Of a DNA stretch of 64,000 bases, positions 33,466-41,663 are shown in pieces. The position numbers and the translations under genes are program-made. The stretch covers positions 1 to 64,000 of the forward strand of contig CDRNVI010000015.1 of assembly GCA_977017575.1 (NCBI GenBank), read 5' to 3'. Below the pieces are notes generated by a model. The model saw only the letters and a program-made list of their open reading frames with translations, made no database searches and had not been told where the DNA came from. Numbering within the stretch: the stretch's first letter is position 1; the number at the start of each line of letters is the position of its first letter. This stretch comes from Paramoeba atlantica. Taxonomy: Eukaryota > Protista > Discosea.

Positions 33466-35649
33466 ATGGACAGCAGTGTACACCACCATGTTGTTCCCGA
33501 TCCGTTGTGTCTCTGTATACGAATGAAAAAGTTATACCAACACTCGACACCACATTCTCCACCTAGTCGCACTTATTTTCTACGCGTGCGCGTGGAATCT
33601 TCGCAACAATATTCATCATACCACATTGGCTGTAATCCAACTTTCGACGAAGAATTTTATTTCGTAGTGCCCGTAGAAAGCATCAAGTCGGAAGTTAATA
33701 AAAGAACTACCCAGAAAACTGATTTTACTAATATCAAGGATCTGAATTTGCATATTAAGGTGTACCACTACATAAAATATGGTGTTACCGAGGAAGTAGG
33801 TCACGTGTCATTAAGTCTGTCTGCCGATTTTCCCACAAATGCAACTGACGTTGTGCGAACACGAGCTGAGGAACATGTCCTGCGGTTGCGGCGAACCAGT
33901 ACTGCCCAAAGATTACGAGACATTTTTCGAAAGGCGAATCCTGCTTCATGGTCGGAGTTGCGAAAACGAAATCTACGCAGGCCTAGTTCACCTCTTCGTG
34001 CGATACGTCACCGAAAGGCTTTCGATGAACGCGCTAACAAATCAAATTATTCCTTTATTCGATTTACCACCGAATTCATCAAATATCGCCCAAAAACTAC
34101 ACCCATCATAGGCTATGTAACACTCAATATGGATAGAATACGATTCAAAAAATGTTTAACTGAAAAAGGCAGACACGAGCCGTTGTTTTACGCTATACTG
34201 CAATATGAAAATCACTGGTCAGTGTTTCAAAAGCGTGAAATTATGTCCGAACTTCTGTTCAAAGATAGCGTGAGTTTGGCCGTACGTGACTTAAGTTCCG
34301 ATATAAGCATCGCTTTTATCTCACTAGGGAGCAATGCTTTACATCAACGACCTGTCGGAATTTTAAGGCTCAAGCTTAATAAGTTTCGAGCAAACAAGAG
34401 ATACGAATTTACAGACGTGAATCTTGGGATTCACAACCAGGATACCCCAATAGCTGTAAGCTTTAGCATCGACATCAAACTTACAACCAGTATGTTTCGA
34501 CTGTGGGAAAGGATAAGCTGTCCCATTCGTCAATACTACGCTTCTCAGTTCTCTTTAACCGAGAAGGTACGTATTCGAGATGCAGAGTCAATATACATGC
34601 AACGGTATTTACGCACTGCTCTGGGCATTCCGTCGCACATAGCCTCTATTTTTTTCGTTAGAAACAGCTCTGTTGTTGGTTTGTTTCATACTCTACGACA
34701 AACGAAGTGTAGGTTAGCCAATGCAATAGAACCTTTCAACGCAGCGCTTACTTTCTTGCACAGGGTACAATATTGGGAACGCCCATGTTATGCTGTTCTA
34801 TTTCACATAACTTGGCCACTTATCGTGCACTATCCTGATGTTCTGCTCCCATTTCTAGTGAGTGCAATCCTGTTCGGCATTCTTCGCGGATATAAACCGT
34901 TTGAGTTGAAAATTACGGAAACAAAACAAAGGACTTGTCCTGTTGCGCATGGTAGGCATATGCTCGATGGGCCTGTGTCAAAGTTCCATGAGACAGAAAA
35001 AACGGACGTAAAAAGGAAAGGTATAAAAGCAAAAATATGGCCCTGTTTGAATCGTCTATTTTCTCCATGTAGGCGCGTGGGATCATTTCGATCGCGTTCG
35101 TCACCGATCGTTACGCCTTGTACCAATGCGTCGATCGAGACGGTGACTGATGCAAGTAGATTGCGAACCGAAACCTGGCGAATCTGTGATGACGACAATG
35201 CGAACATTGACGTTTCTGCACCTCCTGATGGAATGGACGAGGAGCAAAGCGAACCGAAAAATTCCTCAGAGCAAATAGAAGCCAGGCTTTCCGCCTTGAA
35301 GAAGCTTGAGCTCAAGTTCGGTTCAATTCGAAGAGGCCTCCGAATTACCAATGAAGGGGTTATTCAAATGTGTGAATTTGCGGAACGTCTCCATGCTCTG
35401 TTCCTGTGGGAAGATCCTCATGTTTCCACCCTCTTTGTTTTTTGTTGTATATTGGCACTTCTTTTGATGTCGCTTTTGGGGTCTCGAATGGTAGCAATAC
35501 TTGCGGGATACTATGTTTTTCGGCATCCTGCGTTTCGTGATCCATACCCGAATCGATTGGTGTCGCTATTCTATCGACTTCCCACTCGTGATGGGGACTT
35601 GCATTGTTTACGTCCTCCACTGCAGAGCAAATCATTTCATCCTCCTTGA
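33466..35649 (+). CDS. C2-domain and PRT_C transmembrane protein (MCTP-like)
   Basis: C2-like NPTFDEEFYF; C-terminal ERLHALFLWEDP..ST.F...YVFRHPAFR...P......RLPT matches the MCTP/QUIRKY PRT_C signature. Confidence 0.7.
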   Translation: MDSSVHHHVVPDPLCLCIRMKKLYQHSTPHSPPSRTYFLRVRVESSQQYSSYHIGCNPTFDEEFYFVVPVESIKSEVNKRTTQKTDFTNIKDLNLHIKVYHYIKYGVTEEVGHVSLSLSADFPTNATDVVRTRAEEHVLRLRRTSTAQRLRDIFRKANPASWSELRKRNLRRPSSPLRAIRHRKAFDERANKSNYSFIRFTTEFIKYRPKTTPIIGYVTLNMDRIRFKKCLTEKGRHEPLFYAILQYENHWSVFQKREIMSELLFKDSVSLAVRDLSSDISIAFISLGSNALHQRPVGILRLKLNKFRANKRYEFTDVNLGIHNQDTPIAVSFSIDIKLTTSMFRLWERISCPIRQYYASQFSLTEKVRIRDAESIYMQRYLRTALGIPSHIASIFFVRNSSVVGLFHTLRQTKCRLANAIEPFNAALTFLHRVQYWERPCYAVLFHITWPLIVHYPDVLLPFLVSAILFGILRGYKPFELKITETKQRTCPVAHGRHMLDGPVSKFHETEKTDVKRKGIKAKIWPCLNRLFSPCRRVGSFRSRSSPIVTPCTNASIETVTDASRLRTETWRICDDDNANIDVSAPPDGMDEEQSEPKNSSEQIEARLSALKKLELKFGSIRRGLRITNEGVIQMCEFAERLHALFLWEDPHVSTLFVFCCILALLLMSLLGSRMVAILAGYYVFRHPAFRDPYPNRLVSLFYRLPTRDGDLHCLRPPLQSKSFHPP

Positions 35650-35801
35650 ACTGCAGCACTGCAACACATACATACAGTATACAACCATGTACATATACAA
35701 ACCTGTGTCAAACACTTGTTAAACGTTTACAGACCTAGGATCAGGCGATACCTAGGCTCTACAAAACCTAGAATAAGCCGTACCTGAAAAACTTCAAGTG
35801 C

Positions 35802-35925
35802 TTTATCCGTTTTTGCTCATTTTTTCCTTGCACTCGACAACTCTTTTCCTTGCACACTTTCCCGTACAAAACTTTCTCGTACACTTTCCCGTACCCTGCC
35901 GCCAAAATGAGCACAAACGGATAAA
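35802..35925. repeat. 124-bp foldback: 22-bp inverted repeats enclosing short direct repeats
   Basis: TTTATCCGTTTTTGCTCATTTT vs AAAATGAGCACAAACGGATAAA (21/22); inside are TTTTCCTTGCAC x2 and ACTTT(C/T)CCGTAC-type x3. Confidence 0.75.
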
Positions 35926-36069
35926 ATATTTCGGGCAAATTTACTGAGTGAGGAACATTGGGGGGGGGGGAGCGCAGCTCGTACGAAATGCATTTAGAAA
36001 ATCAATTCGTAACCTCTCGCTTTAATCCACTATTTTTTACTCACACACACGACTCTGACCCTTTAATTC

Positions 36070-37276
36070 ATGTCCAAAACGTCTCACCTCAACCGTTTCC
36101 TCAACCTCCGGCACTCCCACCCCTCTTCCTACCCTCCCCCTCACCACCCCCTCTCCCCTTCCCCCCTCCAACCCCACACCCCCCCTTCCCCCCCCCTTCT
36201 CCACACCCCCTACCGCTTCCTACGCACCACCCCCTCATCCTCATCCCTAACCCCTCCCCCTCCCCCTCCCCTCAGCAGCCGTAACCCCTCCGCCTCCCTC
36301 CGTACCTCTCCCCCCTTCCCCTTCTCTCCCTCTCCCCCCCCTCCCCCCGAACACGACTTCATCTTCCCCTCCCCCTCCCCCTCCCCTCAGCAGCCGTAAC
36401 CCCTCCGCCTCCCTCCGTACCTCTCCCCCCTTCCCCTTCTCTCCCTCTCCCCCCCCTCCCCCCGAACACGACTTCATCTTCCCCTCCCCCTCCGCCTACA
36501 CGCAGCCCCATGCCCTCTACGACGGCACCGTGTACCGCGAGAGGACCCTTTCGGAAGCTCAGGAGCTCTCCCCGCTCCTGCACGAACCCGTCACGGCCCC
36601 CCGGCACGGGTCTGCTCACCCCCGCAGCTCCTCGCGTGAGCTGAAACGGGAAAGCGTGGAGGGGAGGCAGGGTGGGGCTGTGGCGTCCGATCTCCACGCC
36701 CTCCCCTCCCCCTCGGGGCTCCCTTTCGAGGATGGGCGCATGGCGGAGGGGGTGCTGGAGATGGATGTGGAGGGGCAGATTGGCGCGTGCTGGCAGGACA
36801 CCGCGACGGCCTATGGGGAGGATGTGGAGGGGCTGCTAAAGGTGCTCCAGGAGACCCAGGCGTGGGATCCCGTGGTGGTGTGCACGAAGGATAAGACCTA
36901 CGCGTTTGATTATATTGTGTTTGCGTCGTGTCACGGGGCACGGCATATTAGCTTGGTGTCGTGGGGGTTGCAGGAGGCGAATCGGTTTGTGGGGTTGGCG
37001 AGGGCGAATAAGAGGTTGAGAGATACGGAGTGGGAACCGATTCCGGTGGGACGGATCGTGGTGAATCTAATGACGGAGGAGTTTAGGAAACGGGCCCAAT
37101 TTGAGAGGAAGTGGATTTTGACGAGTTCGTGCGACCCGCTTGATTTTTGCCACAATGCGGTATGCGAAGGGCGGGGAATTGCCTCCCATGGGTTGTGGTC
37201 ACTCACCCTCAACCTACAGGACCTGGAGGACTACGAAATCGATTACTGCCGCGAAGCTTTGCTGCGCCAAAGTTAA
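36070..37276 (+). CDS. Ribosome silencing factor RsfS/MALSU1-like, 5' part frameshifted by a 115-bp tandem duplication
   Basis: DPVVVCTKDKTYAFDYIVFASCHGARH...W.PIPVGRIVVNLMTEEFR..AQFERKW. Removing one 115-bp unit fuses ORF 36070 with ORF 36530 in frame. Confidence 0.6.
36251..36493 (+). repeat. Identical 115-bp tandem duplication in a C-rich tract
   Basis: CAGCAGCC at 36273 and 36388; GAACACGAC at 36349 and 36464; C-run lengths are identical in both copies. Confidence 0.9.
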
Positions 37277-37774
37277 TGTATACATAATCCCATATGTAAT
37301 TTGTGGGCATTGAAACTTGCTACATCATCGAAAGAATGAATTTTTTGTTCTGACACCTCCTCTTTTAGTAGCCGATGAATCGATGATTATTCCTGGCAAA
37401 AAACTATTGCATTGTTGCAAATGAAGCAGACCCGTCATCCAAAGTGCTGTCCATGTACTTCAGATTTAATGTTATAGAACGTGTTGTATTTCAACTTCCG
37501 CATGAAAAGTCATCATGAAAAAAACATGCCCGTTATTCAAGGCAGGACTTTCTCAGAACCAACGTTCCTATTGAGAAAAATCCGATCGAATGGGCTAGAT
37601 TATCCACATTCATGTTATGTCTTTAATCTCTTTCTTCCCCGATCAAAAAAGTATTCTACCAACTTTCCAAACTCCTTTTCCACCATTCTCATCCACAAAA
37701 CAATGCGTCTCTTCCCGTAGGCATACTCCCTTCCAGAACTCTCCCACGTCGTTACGGCTCTCTACTCCCCCCAC

Positions 37775-38533
37775 ATGCCCCCCGCTACGCCTCTACCTGC
37801 ACACCAGCGTCGTGGCATTCCCACCCCTGTGGTACAACTCGGGCCCCGCACGGTGCCTCGATACGCCGGGGGGTGGATGTTTCAGTTCGCGCACATCTAC
37901 GCGCTCCACCAGGAGATGAGCCGTCCCGGGGTTCACTGGTTTCGTGCCATGGAGCTGTGGCACGTGGCCCGGGATGAGGGGGTGCCGTACAACACACAAA
38001 ACTATGCCGGCCTACTCCGCACGTGTAATCGAGACGCGCAGTGGGCACAGGCGCTGCGTGTGGTGCGACAAATGGCCCGAGAGGGGGTTTCCTATGATCA
38101 GAGTTGTGCACAGAGCGTACTGGCGGTGTGTGTGAGGGGGTTGAGGTGGGAAAACGCCTTGCAGGCTTATAACCTGTTTATGCAGAAGAAAGGGATAATG
38201 CCAGATGATATGTGTGGTGTTTCGCTTTTTCGTGCACTGCGGATAAAGTTTGAGAAGGCTTCGGATCGGGATAGGCAGGTCAAAGAACTCTGCAGTGCTG
38301 TATTGTCCATAGCCAAGCGTCATCCGCTACTGCTTCAAGTTCCGCACAGCGCCCAGGAGGCCGTATTATTACTTAAAGCGATTCCGGCATCTGATGCCCA
38401 AGAGTCGAAAAGAGACATTGCCCTTGAGTATGTACGAAGGGGCATGAAGGCGGAGAAGCTTCTCGTGGTTCAACATAACGAGGCCTTGATTGCCGAAGAG
38501 GAACTAATCGATAGAGATTACGTAGCTCCATAG
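37775..38533 (+). CDS. Small PPR protein
   Basis: AMELWHVARDEGVPYNTQNYAGLLRTCNRDAQWAQALRVVRQMAREGVSYD...QSVLAVC...RWENAL..YN; polypyrimidine-AG at about 37707-37720. Confidence 0.8.
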   Translation: MPPATPLPAHQRRGIPTPVVQLGPRTVPRYAGGWMFQFAHIYALHQEMSRPGVHWFRAMELWHVARDEGVPYNTQNYAGLLRTCNRDAQWAQALRVVRQMAREGVSYDQSCAQSVLAVCVRGLRWENALQAYNLFMQKKGIMPDDMCGVSLFRALRIKFEKASDRDRQVKELCSAVLSIAKRHPLLLQVPHSAQEAVLLLKAIPASDAQESKRDIALEYVRRGMKAEKLLVVQHNEALIAEEELIDRDYVAP

Positions 38534-38725
38534 CAGTTGTACGTTTTCTATGCATTGCTGTATCAAATCTTACTCTTGTGACGGAAAGACGATAAATAAT
38601 CTACATACAGTACATATAATATTTCAAATAATTTGGGATGGTCCGTTCTCCGAAAGTTACTAAATGTACATTACGTACATTAAACTTAGCGTAAAATTAT
38701 CAATAACCTTTACAAAGCGCTGGAT

Positions 38726-40056
38726 ATGAAGACACAAACTGTTGCAGAGCGTTTCACGCGACGTGCAGGGAAGGTCAGTGGAACGATTGTACCTCAAGAA
38801 TATCGCTTGGCTAACTTCATTCGTAACGCAACGGCTGTTTGTGCCTCCTGGAACACCCACACCCCTGCTTGTGAGTGGTTCGGGGTTACGTGTAATAAAC
38901 AGAAAAAGGTTACTAATATTGACTGGAGTGAGCGGAACTGCGGAGGTGCCCCTCAATGGGATGCGTTGCCTGATACCGTCCTGGATTTAGTTTTGAACAA
39001 CAACAAATTAAGCGGCCCGCTATCCATATCACACCTTCCACCGAAACTTGAAAACATTAAGATCAGTTTCAATCATTTAAGTGGAACATTTCAATTGTCG
39101 GAGCTCTGCCCTTCCTTTCTAAAATTTGACGTTGCACACAATGACTTCACTTCGATGGTAGATTTATCGCAGTTGCCGGTAGCTATGGAAGGAGTTGACG
39201 TATCACAAAATCAATGCTACGGGGAACTTGAGCTGCGTTATCTACCAAAAACAATGATATGGCTATTTTTATCAAACAATCGCTTTACTGGTGAAGTCAT
39301 CTTGTCTGAATTACCAGAAAAATTAAAAGTCTTATTAGAAAGATACAGTTTCTGTACCTTGTTGGTACATTTTGCTAGCCCTTCCTTTCTTTTCCCGGAA
39401 ACGGGCATATTCTTACTTTTAAATGCCCGTTTCCGGCTGACGGCTAGCTGGAACTGTCCCTCTTTGTCGCGGAAGTAGGGGACGCACTTCGCACTCTTCA
39501 CCCCTCCCCGGCTCGCTCTCTTCGAGTGAGCTTTCTTCCCTCCCCGGCTCTCTCCTTCTCGTGCTTTCTTCTCCCGGGAGCTATGCGCCATGGTGGCCTC
39601 CCTTGAGGACCACTGGGCGTGCTACAGCGGGAGGACACGTTGTATGCGTGTATAGGGGATGCGAACTTGCACCCCTCTCTCCCTACATGCTGTAGCGAGT
39701 GCGGCGGTAACGGACCTCCCCATGATGCATCATGATCCACGATAGACCATCTGACAGCATGAACCCACGGCTTGACCGTGTTGCAGCATGAACCATGGCT
39801 ATACGTGCTGTAGCATGACCGATGGGCGACTCGTCTCCTACCTCGCACTCCACTCTCTGTGTGACACCCGTCGTATGCGGGTCATGCGCTGATGGTATCG
39901 GCCGTCACACAGAGAGACGTATCTCTGCGCCACGAGCGTATGATCATAACCTTGGACCATAATCCAGAGCTGCATGGACAAGGATCGATATGTCACTTCA
40001 GAAAAGAATTATATTTAAGGAGTAAAGGAACGCGAATCAGGGCTATCGGTTTATAA
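38726..40056 (+). pseudogene. LRR gene interrupted by a 612-bp insertion
   Basis: LRR frame to ...LPEKLKVL (39334) resumes at 39949 as TLDHNPELHG...KGTRIRAIGL* (TAA 40054-56), the family's typical terminal LxxNPxLxG...GTRI motif. Confidence 0.8.
39335..39946 (+). mobile_element. Insertion headed by an SL exon/5' splice-site-like sequence, flanked by TA
   Basis: 39342-39368 GATACAGTTTCTGTACCTTGTTG|GTAC resembles the kinetoplastid SL 3' half plus donor; hairpins at 39395-39436 and 39853-39916; TA at 39333-34 and 39947-48. Confidence 0.75.
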
Positions 40057-40421
40057 AGAAAATCTACACTAACTTATTATTTGAGGCTACTTCTCAATGA
40101 TTACCATAAGACACAGATGAAGAATACAAATATATTAGTGGTGGACCGGAACAAGGCCTTGCTCGGTGAATGAAAGAGTAGAAAGATCGCAGAGCAATAA
40201 CATCCCCATTTCTCGTGTATCCGCTCTAAAAACGCATGTCACACCTTTCATGCCTTTCAAGTTGACGTGTATTCGAACCTGTCTTCAAATGGAGTGGACT
40301 TCGAGTAAAATTTTATAGTTGATACTTCGTATAAATATATTATTTTCTCCTTTACCCGCTGCTGCGGAATTACACGAGAATATATTTGAGGAAGTGTTTA
40401 TGCGCATTTTAATTTTCCAAG

Positions 40422-40988
40422 ATGAGACGGTCAGCACGCTTAGCTGCTCGGCGCGACGATTCAGAAAACCTTAGTGTTCAGGGACGAACAGCTGAGCTTC
40501 CAGAATGTAATCAAGTTAATCACAGAAAACGAAAATTACGCCACAGTATGGCGAGAGAAAAAAGTGTGAGTGAGCAAAGTATGGATGTCAAAGTGCCCGA
40601 CTCGAGTATCAAAGAGAAGGCCCCACATGGTACCGTCAAACCTCACAGTTCGCCACCTTCCCTGAGTTACGAACACTGGGCGCAGTGTTTGGACTGCTCC
40701 GGATGGCAAAGAGTCCATCCAGATGCTACAAGAGTACAGACTGCTCGCAGCCGAACTGGACCTGGAAGACCGTTTCGAAATTCTGCTACATCGTCAGACG
40801 AGTCCAGTGCATTTTATTCTTCTCAGCCTTTTTACTGTGGCTGTCGAATTCCTTCTGGTAAATTCCACAACGCTCCTTGCTATTTCACGTTTTTGCCACA
40901 CACGACTCCTCCCACGATGGAGCTCTCTTTTCGAAAAGAAATATGGGAAGGAGTTTGCAGAGCTGTGAAAGAACCACAGGTAAGATAA
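40422..40988 (+). CDS. Hypothetical protein with possible zf-CW finger
   Basis: HWAQCLDCSGWQRV...FYC; basic NLS-like RKRK. Confidence 0.45.
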   Translation: MRRSARLAARRDDSENLSVQGRTAELPECNQVNHRKRKLRHSMAREKSVSEQSMDVKVPDSSIKEKAPHGTVKPHSSPPSLSYEHWAQCLDCSGWQRVHPDATRVQTARSRTGPGRPFRNSATSSDESSAFYSSQPFYCGCRIPSGKFHNAPCYFTFLPHTTPPTMELSFRKEIWEGVCRAVKEPQVR

Positions 40989-41134
40989 ACTTGAGATAAA
41001 CTTGAAGCACGTTGAACCTCAGTAAATTGTTATTGGGAGGGGATTACCTTCGAAAATTAATTTACAGGTCTTATATTCGTAATAACTAAATATTTTTCTG
41101 CACATTTTATGCTCGTTACACGCATTAGACACGT

Positions 41135-41422
41135 ATGTTTCGGCTTAATCCTTCTTTTCTAATGACAAACGTCGCAGTCACAACTGCACACATTCGTGAT
41201 AAACTAATCTCACAGCTTCCTGCGTCCCAGTGTGAAGTGGAGGACACCTCGAGTGGATGTGGAGCTTTTTATCGCATTACCGTAACCAGCGCGAAATTCA
41301 GAGGAATGACGTTAATTCAGCAACACCGCTTGGTGAATGAAATTCTTAAAAACGAAATCCCAAAACTGCATGGTCTTACAATATCGACGCTTTTACCGTC
41401 CGAGGAAGCAACTCAGCCGTAA
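41135..41422 (+). CDS. BolA-family protein (BOLA3-like)
   Basis: EVEDTSSGCGAFYRI.V.S..F.G...IQQHRLVNEILK.EI..LHGL.I.T. Confidence 0.88.
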   Translation: MFRLNPSFLMTNVAVTTAHIRDKLISQLPASQCEVEDTSSGCGAFYRITVTSAKFRGMTLIQQHRLVNEILKNEIPKLHGLTISTLLPSEEATQP

Positions 41423-41663
41423 CATTCATATTTTAGGACAATTGGACGACATGGACAATGTATTTCGTAGATCGGTTAAGAACAATTCGGCATCTTTTAC
41501 ATGCTTATTGTGTCATTCTTAATACAAAGTTAATGTAATCACAACATGGGAAGTAGAGTGTATACTCGATGGAACAGAATCACGAGAATACGATATTTGA
41601 CTGTGTTAGCATTCAACGAATTAATATAGTTATAATAATAGTTCTTGTCTTGATGGTTTTTGC

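Noticed and set aside
39373-39448. HDV-like or hammerhead ribozyme in the SL-headed element (GAAAC, CUGAC, GCUAGCC/GGCUAGC)
   Set aside because: P1/P3 or stem I cannot be formed, and the motifs are not kept in the second copy.
39342-39480. Functional SL RNA gene
   Set aside because: The 5' end of the exon (AACT/AACC) is missing, there is no clear Sm site or T-tract, and it is not in a tandem array.
39866-39910. 5S rRNA resemblance on the minus strand (ACGGCC.ATACCA)
   Set aside because: Similarity ends after about 25 nt, with no box A/C or 5S fold.
39335-39946. Insertion as a cis-spliced intron, Helitron or solo LTR
   Set aside because: No GT-AG in any register that restores the frame; no 5' TC or A|T site consistent with the ORF; no TG...CA ends with a 4-6 bp TSD.
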